From: the human T2T-CHM13v2.0 reference genome, Homo sapiens | NCBI RefSeq assembly: GCF_009914755.1 | Contig: NC_060930.1 | DNA length: 64,000 nucleotides | Direction: 5' to 3' (one strand) | Part shown: one piece after another, positions 25,811 through 38,899 of the stretch | Numbering within the stretch: position 1 is the first letter of the stretch | Layout of the letters: every line of letters begins with the position of its first letter | Notes under the pieces: generated by a model | What the model saw: the letters and a program-made list of their open reading frames with translations, nothing else | Databases searched by the model: none | Told to the model about the DNA's origin: nothing | Position numbers and translations under genes: made by a program

Positions 25811-27976
25811 AAAGTAGTTTTTTTCTAATTCTGTGAAGAATGTCAATGGTAGTTTGATGGGAATAGCATTGAATCTATACATTACTTCGGGCAGTATGGC
25901 CATTTTCATGATACTGATTCTTCCTATCCATGAGGATGAAATGTTTTTCCATTTGTTTGTATCCTGTCTTATTTCATTGAGCAGTGGTTTGTAGTTCTCC
26001 TTGAAGAAGCCCTTCACATCCCTTGTTAGCTGTATTCCTAGGTCTTTTATTCTCTTTGTAGCAATTGTGAATGGGAGTCCACTCATGATTTGGCTCTCTG
26101 CTTGTGTATTGTTGGTGTATACAAATGCTTGTGGTTTTTGCACATTGATTTTGTATCCTGAGACTTTGCTGAAGTTGCTTATCAGCTTAAAGAGTTTTTG
26201 GGCTGAGATGATGGTGTTTTCTAAATATAGAATCATGTTGTCTGCAGAGACAATTTGACTTCCTCTCTTCCTATTTGAATACCCTTTATTTCTTTCTCTT
26301 GCCTGATTGCCCTGGCCAGAACTTCCAATACTATGTTGAATAGGAGTGGTGAGAGAGAGCATCCTTGTCTTGTACTGGTTTTCAAAGGGAATGCTTCCAG
26401 CTTTTGCCCATTCAGTGTAATAGTGGCTGTGGGTTTGTCATAAATAACTCTTTTTATTTTGTGATATGTTCCATCAATGCCTAGTTTATTGAGAGTTTTT
26501 AACATGAAGGGATGTTGAATATTATTGAAGGCCTTGTCTGCGTCTATTGAGATAATCATGTGGTTTTTGTCATTGGTTCTGTTTATGTGATAGATTGTAT
26601 TTATTGATTTGTGCATGTTGAACCAGCCTTGCATCCTAGGGATGAAGCCGACTTGATCATGGTGGATAAGTTTTTTGATGTGCTGCTGGATTTGGTTTGC
26701 CAGTATTTTATTGAGGGTTTTTGCACTGATGCTCTTCAGGGATATTAGTCTGAAGGTTTCCTTTTTTGTTGTGTCTCTGCCAGGTTTTGGTATCAGGATG
26801 ATGCTGGCCTCATAAAATGAGTTAGGGAGGAGTCCCTCCTTTTCAATTGTTTGGAATAGTTTCAGAGGGAATGGTACTAGCTCCACTTTGTACCTCTGGT
26901 GGAATTCAGCTGTGAATCTGTCTGGTCCCAGGCTTTTCTTGGTTAGTAAGTTATTAATTACTGCCTCAATTTCAGAACTTGTTATTGGTCTATTCTGGGA
27001 TTCAACTTCTTCTTGGTTTAGTCTTGGGAGGGTGTATGTGTCCAGGAATTTATCCATTTCTTCTAGAGTTTCTAGTTTATTTGCATAGAGATGTTTTTAG
27101 TATTATCTAATGGTAATTTGTATTTCTGTGGGGTCAGTGGTGATATCCCCTTTTTCATTTTTTATTGTGTCTATTTGATTCTTCTCTCTTTTCTTCTTTA
27201 TTACTCTACCTAGCAGTCTATCTATTTTGTCAATTTTTTTTCAAAAAACCAGCTCCTGGATTCATTGATTTTTTTGGAGGGTTTTTCGTGTCTCTATATC
27301 CTTCAGTTTTGCTCTGATCTTAGTTATGTCTTGTCTTCTGCTGGCTTTTGGATTTGTTTGCTCTTGCCTCTCTAGCTCTTTTAATTGTGATGTTAGGGTG
27401 TCAATTTGAGATCTTTCTAGCTTTCTGATGCGGGCATTGAGTGCCATAAATTTCCCTCTTAACGCTGCTTTAGCTGTGTCCCAGAGATTCTGGTATGTTG
27501 TGTCTTCGTTCTCGTTGGTTTCAAAGAACTTCTTGATTTCTGCCTTAATTTAATTATTTACCCAGGAATCATTCAGGAGCAGGTTGTTAAATTTCTATGT
27601 AATTGTGTGGTTTTCAGTGAGTTTCTTAATCCTGAGTTCTAATTTGATTGCCCTGTGGTCTGAGGGATTGTTTGTTGTGATTTCAGTTCTTTTGCATTTG
27701 CTAAGGAGTGTTTTACTTTCAATTATGTGGTCAATTTTAGAATAAGTGCCATATGGCACTGGGAAGAATGCATATTCTGTTGATTTGGAGTGGAGAGTTA
27801 TGTAGATGTCTATTAGGTCCATTTGATCCAGAGTTGAATTCAAGACCTGAATGTCCTTGTTAATTTTCTGTCTTGTTGATCTGTCTAATATTGACAGTGC
27901 ATTGTTAAAGTCTCCCACTATTATTGTGTGGGAGTCTAAGTCTCTCTGTAGGTCTCTAAGAACTTGCTTTATGAAT
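25811..27976 (-). mobile_element. L1PA7/8-like internal ORF2 fragment (EN C-terminus to RT), both ends missing
   Basis: ORFs 27595-27918 (GDFN...YSKIDH, endonuclease), 26233-27057 and 25787-26362 (RT region, SADNM in place of FADDM) with frameshifts. No 3'UTR or poly(A). Confidence 0.93.
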
Positions 27977-28149
27977 TTTCCTATTTTTTTCTAGATTAGC
28001 CCACAAATCCTCAGGATTATACAAAACTGTACTTTGAAGAGAAATGACAAATACTTACTTTTCTCTTACAGAAGCATGTTAAGTGTCTCCATTTAGTCAT
28101 GCCATTTTTTAAGTCTCAAAGGAATATTTGTAATTTTTGAAACTATAAG

Positions 28150-28485
28150 AAAGTATAAGTGCATATTTATTTAATCTTTGGGCAGAAAATGATTTTCTAA
28201 ATATTAAAGCAATGAAAGAACCAACAACAGAAATGGCTGATTGATATAACTACATAACAATAAAAATATCATAATATTTTTAAATACAATAGTGCATGTT
28301 TAAATACATTATAAATAAAATTAAAAGAAAAGGGAGAAACTGGGAGAATAATTTAAGGGTGATGCTAAATGGCTTCTGCTTTGCCACCTAAATAAATGAC
28401 ACAAAACAGTAAAAGAAACACTAATGCCTCAAAGAAAAATGGAGAAAGAACTTGACCAGTTTTCGGAGAAGAAATTTAAGATGGT
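28150..28485 (+). mobile_element. Old L1M ORF2 3' fragment
   Basis: A-rich degenerate L1 (atctttgggcagaaaatgattttctaa...gaaaaatggagaaagaacttga). Confidence 0.5.
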
Positions 28486-28867
28486 ATAGACTATTCTTTC
28501 ACATAATTCTGATTCAAACATGCCTCTGCATGACCAGCTGTTTTTAGATCACTCGTAAGTCTCTTTTCTTTAGGTGAATAATACCTACTAGGTTTTTAAG
28601 CTGACTAGACCCTTTGTTAAATATAAGTGACAAGCTTTAGAAGTTTTATTTCAGTATCTTCTCAGTGCTTTTTAATTTAGATCTCTTGACAAAAAGAAAT
28701 AGAGGGAAGTGGTATCTTCTATATTTCATAAAAAGAGGAGAAAAACTTTGCTACTTAATCGACTGTAGACATGTATAAACCACTGTTCTTTTCGATTATA
28801 CATTAATCTCAACACCCTAAGAGTGTACTGGCATTTTTCTTTATTGTCATCAATCAGTGGGTTACAC

Positions 28868-28915
28868 ATTTAGTTGCTTTGAGGATTTAGGATTTAGTTG
28901 CTTTGAGGAATTAGG
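28868..28915. repeat. 24-bp tandem duplication
   Basis: atttagttgctttgaggatttagg / atttagttgctttgaggaattagg. Confidence 0.9.
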
Positions 28916-29342
28916 ACTTGAGTTTTTTTGGATAACTTCCTTTTAAAGTTGAGAATTATACTCTGATATGACTGCTGAAAGTTCATGGAATTTGTGAGTT
29001 TATTTAATAGAATTTGAGAAAGTTATTGCTTTGTGCTGGCATACTCTATGTGACGGGGATATAGAAATATAAGTTGTGCCAGCTACAAAGACAATTCGGG
29101 GTATATGAGTGGAATAGAGTGCATTCTTATGTAGGTGATTTGATAGTGGAATAGTATGTATTATTATTAGATTTGAAAGGAGCCCACACATAATAACTCT
29201 GTACCTCTTTCTAGTTTGGAAATGATTACCAAGGAATGAGGGAGCCAGTAATTAAAGTATCATTTTCGTAAAGGCTAAATTAGTTATTTGACTTGACCTA
29301 TGGTGATAGCTATACAAACTCTGATTTGCTCCTCTTGCCCAG

Positions 29343-29535
29343 GTCATTTCACTGAATCGCACATGTCTGTTTAAAACTTCAGCTTTCTCTCTGAGGACAA
29401 AACCTGTCCTCATGTTTACAATATAAGCTACAACACAACTTTACAACAGATTAGTGGAAAAGTATGTGTCTCAAGGCCAGACTACTCTGTAAGAGAAAGG
29501 GTGCTCATTTGCTCATTGCCAAAGCTGCTAATCAG
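29343..29535 (+). other. Candidate non-coding exon (193 nt)
   Basis: ctgat branch-like site, polypyrimidine tract and cccag| acceptor; perfect CAG|GTAAGT donor; stops in all three frames. Confidence 0.4.
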
Positions 29536-30297
29536 GTAAGTCACTCCTCTTATTTTGGAGAGGAGTGAAAGAGGGGCTGGGTACTATTTACACCTCTGGA
29601 CTGGCATTTTCTTTCCTGGATAGGATATAAAAAGTAGGAGATAAATATATTGATTTTAATACCTAAGTTTCAGGTCATCTGGGGGTGTGATGTCTCTCTC
29701 TCGGGGGAGAAGATCATTAATGCGTCCTGCTCTTCCCTTCATGAACTCCTTTTCCCAGTACCAACAATTGACCCTTAGTCTGTCTTCTGGGACAACTGGT
29801 AGGCAGTGCAGATATGCAGTGGATCAGAACTGCACATTAGTTAAATCAATTCTCAGACCTTGCTGTTAGCCAGGGATAGTAGTCATTCCCTACTCTAATT
29901 CTCATCCCAAGTATGTCTAGCCTCGTGATCAATATAGCTCCAGGAATGTTATTCAGGGAGATAAATGGCAGCATAAAGATACTCCAGTAATCTATTATGA
30001 TGGCAATATATAAATGTCCCTAAGTGCAGATTTCCCCCCTTTAAAAAATTCCCATGTCAAAGAGACATGAAAATTATCTTTCGTCTGAAATTCTAAGATC
30101 CAAAACTTTTATGTTAAGTTTAAAGAAATCAACTTTCAAAATTTATGTTATCCAGTTTTTCTTTCTGTCCAATCTCAGATAGCGGCATGTATTCCACAGT
30201 CTAGACAGAATTCAGTTTTTTAATCAGCTTCAGTTTGAGCTGCCTTGTATTGGAATGAGTAAGGTTCTTTCATCCCTAAGCCTCTCCTGTGTCTTAA

Positions 30298-31430
30298 TTA
30301 TTTTATCTTTTTATTTTGACCTAATTGTAGATTCACATGCAATTCCAAGAACTAGTATGAAGAGGTCCTATCTGCCTGCACCTAGTTTTCCCCAGTGATA
30401 AATACTATCTTACATAACCACAGTACCATGTCAAAACCAGGAAACTAACATTGGCGTTGGTAAAATCCATAGACATTATTCAGATTTCACTAGCTTTACG
30501 TGCACTTGTGTGTGTGTGTCTGTGTTTGCGCGCATGTGTGTAGCTTTGTAAAATTTTGTCACATGTGTAGATTCATGTGGCCCTCACCACAATCAATGCA
30601 GACTGCTCCACCATCACAAAGATCCTCTTTGTTTGTCCTTGGTGGTCACACCCACACTCTCCACGCTTACCTCATCTCTAACCCCAGGCAACCACGAATC
30701 TGTTTTCCATCTCTATAATTTTGTTATTTAAAGAATGTTATATAAATGAAATCATACAGTATGTGACCTTTTGAAACTGAAGTTTTTGAGTTGGCATCAT
30801 GCTTCTGAAATCTATTCAATTTGTTGCGTGCCTCAAAAGTTCATTCCTTTTTTTGGTTGAATGGTATTCCATCACATGGATTTACAGTTTGTCTTAACCA
30901 TTCCCTGTTGGAGGACATTTGAGTTGTTACCAGTTTTTGGATATTACATGTAAAGTTGTTATGGACATTTGTGTGCATGTTTTAGTGTGAACAAACTGTA
31001 CATTTCTCTAGGATAAATACCCAGAAGTGCTATTGCTCATTTGCATGCTGAGTATATGTTTAGCTTTTTAAAGAAACTGCCAAACTATTTTCCAGAGTAG
31101 CTGTATCATTTTACATTCCCACTAGAAATATGAATGATACGTTTTCTCTACATCCTACCAGCATTGGTTCTGTCACTATTTTTTATTTTAACTATTCTGA
31201 TATGTGTACTAATAATTCACTGAGGTTTTGATTTGTGTTTCCCTAAAAGCTAGTGATAGTGAGCATCTTTCCCTGTGCTTATATTTTATGTGTATATTCT
31301 TTCAGTGTAATGTGACAATATATTTTTTTCTGATTTTCTAATTGGATTGTTTGATTTTTGTTTTCTACTATTGAGTTTTGAGAGTTTGTTATATATTCTA
31401 AAAATATGTTCTTTGCCAGGTATGTGGTCA
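30298..31430 (-). mobile_element. L1MC/MD-like 3' portion
   Basis: tagattcacatgcaatt...ccaggaaactaacattgg...gaatgttatataaatgaaatcatacagtatgtgacc...aagaaactgccaaactattttccagagtagctg. Contains (TG)n at about 30507-30540. Confidence 0.85.
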
Positions 31431-32019
31431 TGTGCCTCATTTTTAAAGTTCGAAAATAATACTGAAACACCTGATATTTCAAGACCAACTCCATAGCCAT
31501 GAAATTTTAAGAGCCAAGCAAAAATTTGAGTGATTGGAGCTGTAATCCCAGGCAAAATAATTTTCCAGAACCCAGTGTTTAGTCTAGTGCAGATTCCTGT
31601 TATTGTTGCCAAAGATGCTAATGGAAATTCCTTGATATTTGAGGAAAGGAAGGTGGACAGAGGCAATCTTGTTTTAAGTCTTACCAGGATGCCAGTAGAT
31701 GTCATTGGTCCAAACACCATGATCTAAAAATTTAAACTGAACTGTAAGAAATTACTAATCAAGATGCATTTACCATAAATGGGGAGAAAATCCACCTATC
31801 TATAAGCAGGTCTCCCATCACAGTAGCTGCCCCCGTGCCTCTGGCTATAAAAGAGGCCTATGGAATCTTCTTGCTAGGGGCAGTTTTCCCTTGTCCCCAC
31901 ATCTGTTAAATCAAGTGCTACATCCCTAATGTATTATTTGTAATACTTTATAGTAATCAATATAAGTATAAACACATACCAATTTACCTAGCCTCCTTGA
32001 ATCAATGAAATTCAACTTT

Positions 32020-32600
32020 AGTGGAGGTGCAGACCCATGATGGCCATTCTTGATGTCCCACCTTTGTGTAATTTCTTCTTCTTGAGTGTGGGCAGGGTCT
32101 GTGACTGGCTTCTAACCAACAGAATATGGCAAAGGTAAAGGGAGGTCACTTCTGTTATTGTTCATTATGTAAGCCTCTGTCTGGCTGGCAGACTCACTCT
32201 GAGACTCTCCTTGCTGGCCTGATGGAATAAGTGGCCACATTGATGAAGCCCATCTGGCAAGGCACTGTGGACCTACTACAGGTAAACTTTGAGAGGTGAG
32301 GGCATTCTCTAGCCAAGAACCAGCAAGAAGCCAGAGAGCTCACTCAGTCCTTCAGTATCAAGGCAATGAATTCCGCCAGCAAACTGAGTGAGTCTGGGAG
32401 CAGATTCTTTCCCAGTCAAAACATCAGATGAGAATACAGCCTGGATGAGACCTCAACTTCAGCCTTATAAGGCCCTAAGCAGAGGCCTTAACTGTACCTC
32501 TCAAATCATGACCCACAGAAGCTAAGGGATAATGTGTATGTGTTGCTTCAAGTCACCACATTTGTGATAATTTGTTACCCAGCAATAGAAAATCAATACA
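32020..32600 (+). mobile_element. MLT1E/F-like MaLR solo LTR
   Basis: cttgagtgtgggcagg..ctgtgactggcttctaaccaacagaatatggcaaagg ... aatttgttacccagcaatagaaaatcaataca terminus. Confidence 0.8.
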
Positions 32601-32619
32601 ACTTCACCCCTACCCAGAT

Positions 32620-33190
32620 TTTATTTATTTTTGCCACGGAAACAATACTGAAAAATATTTTTATTCATATATCTTTATATATTGATGCCTTTATTTTATG
32701 GATAGATTTTCTAGGAGTGTGGTTACTGCATGTTCTTTTAAATTTTAATAGGTGATGCCAGGTTGCTTTCTAAAGAAGCTCTAATGATTCACATGCTACC
32801 AGCAATGTGTAAGCGTATCCTTTTTCTTTTATTCTTACTAGCAATGGGCCCTAATAGAGGTTTATAAATCCTTTCAGTCTCAAAAGAATAAAGAGATATC
32901 GCATTGTTACTTTAATTTAAATTTCACTGCCTACCAGTGAGTTTAACCATTTTTTAATGTTTCCGGTTACAGGGGTTATCTCTTCTGCAAATTGCTTTTT
33001 AAAACTCTGCCAATGTTTCTCCTCTATTTTTTATGTCTTTTTTTATTGTAATATGTATTATAGATATTAAACTTCAGACCTGTATGTTGCAGATTTTTTA
33101 TTCAAATCTACTTGTTTTCTGTTGACTTTGTTTATGAAAAGTTTTTTATTGTAAAACTGAAAATTTTTGTTAATAGCATCCATGTACCTT
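32620..33190 (-). mobile_element. Old L1ME fragment
   Basis: ggatagattttctaggagtg...tgccaggttgctttc...ccagcaatgtgtaagcgt...attgttactttaattt. Confidence 0.65.
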
Positions 33191-34439
33191 CTGTGTGTGA
33201 AGCTATAGTAGACCTTTGAAATCCAAGCCCTGTTTTTTGGTTGTTCCAATAGCAAATTGTAGCCTCCTTGAGGCCATGGGTTTAGAGAGCAACTCTTAAA
33301 ACCTTGCCAGCAGTCTTCATGATGCCAATAGGTTAATTTATCCTAAATTCTATTTTTAACTCTTGTTGTGTTTCAAAACAAAATAGAAGGAAATGCAATT
33401 TGGGGCAGCATATTTAGTACTATTTACCTATTCGTGGTATGAGACATACTTTAGTAGGACTCTGTGGACTGTAACATAGCTGCTTCTGCATTTTAAGACC
33501 CAGCCTATAGATCTGATTAAGAAATACAATAAAATCAGCTAAGCTTGAGCTTCTCATAAGTGCCTACAAAGTTTTTACACTAAAATGCGGCCTACATTAA
33601 GATTAGCCTTTATTGGAGCAAAATAAACTCTCTTAACTATAATGTAATCCCTGCCCCATTGGGTGGCTTTAAGCCATAGCTGTGCCAGCATGAGTCAGGG
33701 CAAGTTCAGCCACAGAAAACCACACAGACTATGATTGCTAAGCCCCACACTCCCTCAACAGTTAAAAATCAGCCACACAGTGACGATAAAAGCCACAGAA
33801 ATCCAATGAAGTCCAAACCCAGGTGGCTTAAGGTTACCGAGGCATTGAGAGCTTCTAGCCTCCTTCCCTTTCTTTCTAAGCATGGCCCACATTCTGGCCC
33901 ATGGTTTATTACTGAGAATTTCCAATCCCTGAACCTTTAAGTTAGGGCTGAAGAGAATCAATCAATGACATTCCTCTTCACCTCCTGAGTTTGGGAAAAA
34001 AAACCAAAAAGAGCATACAGGAGTCCAAACAGATGATGGGGAAAATATCTGATACTTTATTGATGATAAATTAGAAAATGCCACTTGACCTATAGCCACA
34101 CTCAGTCTTTCTATTCTGCTCCCCCAACCTGTGAATCAAACTTGCCTACTCACAATATCAGGCCTTAAAAAGACAGAACTGCCCTGGTCAGGAATGGGAA
34201 GAAAAGATGTGTGTCCTGAAGACTTTGCTGTCTGAAAAAAGAGAAAGAAGCTGAACTGTTTGTCTGAGTTCCTTCTTCCCATTGGCAGGATCAAAGAAGT
34301 CTTTCCTCCCTTGGGCTAGTGTAGGCAAGGAGGCAAAGAGTACCCTTTCAGGAAGTAGAGCTCCCTCTCCACTATGGGAAAGTGAGGAGGCCGGGGTGAG
34401 TGAGTGCCCCTCCTAATATTTTGATAGTGTATTCATGAA

Positions 34440-34700
34440 AGCCTCTTCATAGCTGATGGGGTCCTTAGCTCTAATAGGGATTTAGGTGGAAGGTTGGGAA
34501 CAGATGTGTGACATTGAAGCTGAGCTTTAACAGATGAGTACAAGTGTGCTAGATGTTTGGTAGCTAGAGTGGCATTTTAGACAGAAGAACAACATAAATA
34601 AAGGGAGAGCCATAAAATTGCCCAATGTGTTCAGGGAGCAGCCAGGGAATCCAGTGTGGCAAGGACATGGGGGAAACTGGCTGGAGCTGAAGTTTTGAGT
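34440..34700 (-). mobile_element. L2 fragment
   Basis: gtgacattgaagctgagctttaacagatgagta...ggcattttagacagaagaacaac...tgtgttcaggga. Confidence 0.6.
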
Positions 34701-34803
34701 AAGGAAATCATTTTTACAGTATTTATATTTCTGAAGAATAATTAGTAGCTAGAGTGATGAAGGACAGCTTTTAAATGTAGATATGGGACTCAGCAGTTTG
34801 TCA

Positions 34804-34851
34804 TGAAGAATTGTGAAAAAGTCTATCTGAAGAATTGTGAAAAAATCTATC
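34804..34851. repeat. 24-bp tandem duplication
   Basis: tgaagaattgtgaaaaagtctatc / tgaagaattgtgaaaaaatctatc. Confidence 0.9.
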
Positions 34852-35115
34852 TCTGCAATCTTAATAGAATTCAGAAACAAAAATTCAGATTAATTGGGGG
34901 GAGTTAAAATAGTTAATACTATCATATGTGATTGGAGTTGCTTTGCAAACTCAGAGAAAAGTCAAGCTCAAGAAACACAAACATGGTGGCATCTTTGGAC
35001 TGTTGAGATTCCATGCTGTCATCTTTCATTTACCCAGTATCTCATCAGTTAACCAGGCTGTGAATTTTTCTTTGAAATAATTTCAAAGACATGCTTCACT
35101 TTCCCATTCCCCGAA

Positions 35116-35441
35116 TGTCTTCATTGTTTTGGCTGCTATTACAAAAATACCGTAGTTTGGGTGGCTTAAACAACAAACATTTATTTGTCATAGTTTTAGA
35201 GGCTAGGAATTCCAAGATCAAGGCTCCAGCAGGCCTGGTATCTGGTGAAGCCCTGCTTCCTGGCTTGTAGTAGACAGCTACCTTCCCCTTATACCCTTAC
35301 ATGACCAGAGAGTGAGCTCTAGTATATTTCTCTTATTGTCAGGACACTAATTCCATGAAAGGATTTGCCTACTGACACTCCTACTGGGGACTAGGGTTTC
35401 AACATGATTTTTGGGAGAATACAAACATACAGTCCGTAACA
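35116..35441 (-). mobile_element. MLT1A-like MaLR solo LTR
   Basis: tgtctt...ggctgctattacaaaaatacc...gggtggcttaaacaacaaacatttattt...ccaagatcaagg...acaaacatacagtccgtaaca. Confidence 0.85.
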
Positions 35442-37706
35442 TCAACTATCTTCACCTTTTGCAGGTATCTATTACCTCAAACCTTGGTCATTTTTGCCTG
35501 CATTAGTCATTTTAAAATATTAACATTTTTATGTGGTTTTGGTATTGTATTATCTTTAGAGATTAGACTCATGGTACAGTCTGTCCTTCCCTTCATAGAA
35601 CTGGTTGAGAATTTACACATACAGAGTCACATAGGCATGGAGTATGGGTATCTGTTTTACTCAATGTGTGCTTGGATCAAGGACACTGGCAGGCTTTCTG
35701 ACTCTCCCCACACTGAATTTATCCATCTTGTCACAGGTCAGAGGCTGTGATGCACATCTGAGAGGGCTTACTGCATGGAAGCTGGAAGCCTGGCCCCTGC
35801 TGCATCTGAAGAAGCAGAACCAAGAGGAAGCAAGGGAAGAGCACAGAGCCTATTTCTAACTTTTGAGGCAATGTGACTCCCACTGGAAACATTGTTCAAT
35901 GAAAGTTAGGATCTTATTGATTTCGCCAAATTGATTTGTTTTTCTCTGTCCAAGAGGAGGAACAATTTACAGAGTAGAAATAGAGTATGAAACATTGCTG
36001 GTAATATCACTGGTTCTTTCTCCTTTAAGAGATCGGAATATAATTTTAAGTTTTGATTGGGGAAAGAACATGGGGTGAGCAGGACTAGAATTTTCCACCA
36101 CATTATTCGTCTTAGGTATTATTCTCTAAGTTTTAGGTATATGCCTTTTATTTCTAATTTGGAATCTTCCTGAGACTAGAGCCCATGTATATTGCTTCAG
36201 GTTATTCCCATACCAATAAATATTCAGAAAAGAAACAGATTTAGCTGGAAATATGCAAAATGCCATGTCAGATGGGAAAGCCTTGCTGTCACTAAATAAC
36301 TATGTAAGATTGGCTTGAATCCAATGCTTCCACGTCTTTGGAAGATTTCTGTCAGTTTCCCTCTTTCTTGTGATCTCCTCTGACTGCCAGACTCTTGTTT
36401 CCACCTTTGCTGTCTTGGCTGTGCATGCAGTTAATTCAGAGATGATTCTCAGAATATTGGTTGGTTGGTTTACACACACTCAGAGCATTTGTGAGTACAC
36501 TGGATTTTACTGTTGCTAGTTAAAGGGAGGAGTCCCTTGATGCATAGCTCAAAAACAGCCCATATTCTGGATTCCTCCTCTCTAACATCCTTTGTGGCTG
36601 GCCCTCACTGAAGTTTCCTGTCTTAGTTCTAGCCCCATACATCACACTGTTTTATATCCTTTTGTGAACCTCTCTTTTTTTCTTTTATTGTCTCACATAC
36701 CCTCTTTTCATTTTTTCCTAGAAATTCTAAATACTTCAGTCTCAATTTTACTATGAAAGTGAGTTTTCTCCAGCTCCTTTTCTCAAACATGCATATACAA
36801 ATCCATTAAGGTGCTCAATAAAGGACTGCCAGGAACAAAGAGCCACTCTCCTTAGGTGCTTACATGCCCTATGAATATAATTAGCAGGTTTTTCTATTAT
36901 AATTAGAATATTATCCTCACATTTCTAGGTCGATTTTCTCCTACTCGAATAACAGGGGAATGAATATTAAAACTGTATTAAGAAGTCTCAGAGTTCATAT
37001 CATATCAGGCCTCCTAAAATATAGTAAGAAAATGAGTTTGATAATAAGTAAAATTTTGCAGAATTTTGTTTAGAGGCTCAGAATTTAAACATTCTCTTTC
37101 GTTGATAGTGCTTATAAAAACAACCCCTAAGTATTTTCTGATAATAATTGGCTACATGACTTTCTTAGATATAAATAAAACTAGGGACAATGAAGTCTTT
37201 AACAGAAAAGAAGAATTTGTTAACCGTATTAAATTAGGATTAAACACAATGAACACCAGGTCTCTACAAGCTAGAGAAAGTGCAAAGTATGAGAATGCAG
37301 CACAAAATTGTTGAGAAAGTGTGAGTGCTTGGGATGGTAAATCTGTGGTGACTGTCTCTTTTCCTGGCTGGGGAGCCTGTCCCTCTAGGTTATAAGCAAC
37401 CAGTAGTCCTGGTCAGGGGCATAGCTTTTCCTGGTCATTACTACATTAACATGGAACTGAGGCCTTACAATTCTCTATCATACTTGTAATTATTAGCATT
37501 TCTATGCCATATGTTCTGGAATCAATCACAAAATATTGTCTTTGCATGACTGCTATAGGGCGTATTACTCGATTTTCTTTACTATTTTAATTATGCTATT
37601 TGGTAACACTAGCAAGTCTGAATTTTAAACAACTTCCTTAGGTTACCCTGTGTATGTGTAATTAATCATTTCATTGTTAATGGTATGATGACAAATACTG
37701 AAAGAA

Positions 37707-37741
37707 AGTTATTCTAAATGGAGCATAGTTATTCTAAATGG
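37707..37741. repeat. 15-bp direct repeat, 20-bp period
   Basis: agttattctaaatgg agcat agttattctaaatgg. Confidence 0.85.
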
Positions 37742-38559
37742 CAAAGACTCAGAGACTCATTTTAGACTATAATTATAATCTTGCAGTGGAATAGGAGAAT
37801 AATCAATACTCATTAGATATGTCATTGAGAATCTACTATAGATTCATGACTAAACTCTCAAATCCCAGAAAATGTGCTGAGAATCATGCACTAGTTTAAA
37901 GAGGGAGACCAGGGCAGTTGTTATATTTTTAAAAAGGCTGAAGTCATATATGAGCTGCCACAAGACAATTCCTCCAAAGATCCAAAGGTAAAGTTTCATA
38001 GATAATCAAAATAAAAGGCTATTAGTGAATTCAGATGTTCATAGAGTTGTATATTATTCAATAAATGATCAAGCAGATAAAGATGCACATATGATCAGCA
38101 CTAATATGAATGTATATGTGTCACTGAAATTGAAGTTTTAAGTCACTGTCCATAGAGTGAGTCTTAGATAACCCTATAATGTCTTTATAAAACTCAATCT
38201 TGCCATTAAAATTGCATGTGATGCCTTAAGCTTGCTGGCATCACCCAAAGACAACCGACATGTGATTCTGATTCCACACCAGTGTGAACTCCTGTTCAGG
38301 CCCCACTTCTTCTGATAGCAGGGTGTACCCCACTGGCTCTTGCCTATTTAGTCCCTTATGGTCAAATGGTGAGCAGATTGATCACTTTAAGGCAGGGGGA
38401 ACCAACATATCTGTGCTCATTTTCATGGCATTCTTAGCTATTTAGTGAAGCACATGGAAGCTCAGGAATGGCAGGGTTTTAGAAGCCATTTGTTTTCCCT
38501 CTGCTCCCTTTGCTTTCCTTAAGGTGCAGATCTTTCCTATCTTCCAAAAACTCTGCATG

Positions 38560-38792
38560 AGTGTTCCATCCTTGCTCTGTGAAGCTAGAAATAGTATCTC
38601 CTTTTCTCAGAAATATCTTCATATTTCTTCTGTGCTTCTTCTTTATCACTTATCACGACCTGCCTGGTAGCTATCATGTTCCTCTCTCATCCCTTAGTAT
38701 TACAGTGTATTCTCTGAATCATCTTTGTATGCCTGATAGGACTTGCACAGTCTGGCCCAGGGTAGGTTTCAATAAATGTGTTGGATGAATGA
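38560..38792 (+). mobile_element. L2 3' end
   Basis: catctttgtatgcc...gcacagtctggccca...tcaataaatgtgttggatgaatga. Confidence 0.65.
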
Positions 38793-38899
38793 TGAGCTGC
38801 AATTCTGCCATGAGATTCATGAGAGTAACAGACACTGAATTATTGTACAGCAGCTTATGGTGGCGTTTTATACTCTAAGGTTGGAGGGAGCTTGACTTA

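Noticed and set aside
25787-27918. Long ORFs with RT/endonuclease motifs as a novel reverse-transcriptase system
   Set aside because: They are ordinary frameshifted LINE-1 ORF2 fragments, and the catalytic FADD motif is degraded here.
28868-34851. Short direct repeats as CRISPR-like arrays
   Set aside because: Only two adjacent copies each, no spacers, eukaryotic context and no cas genes.
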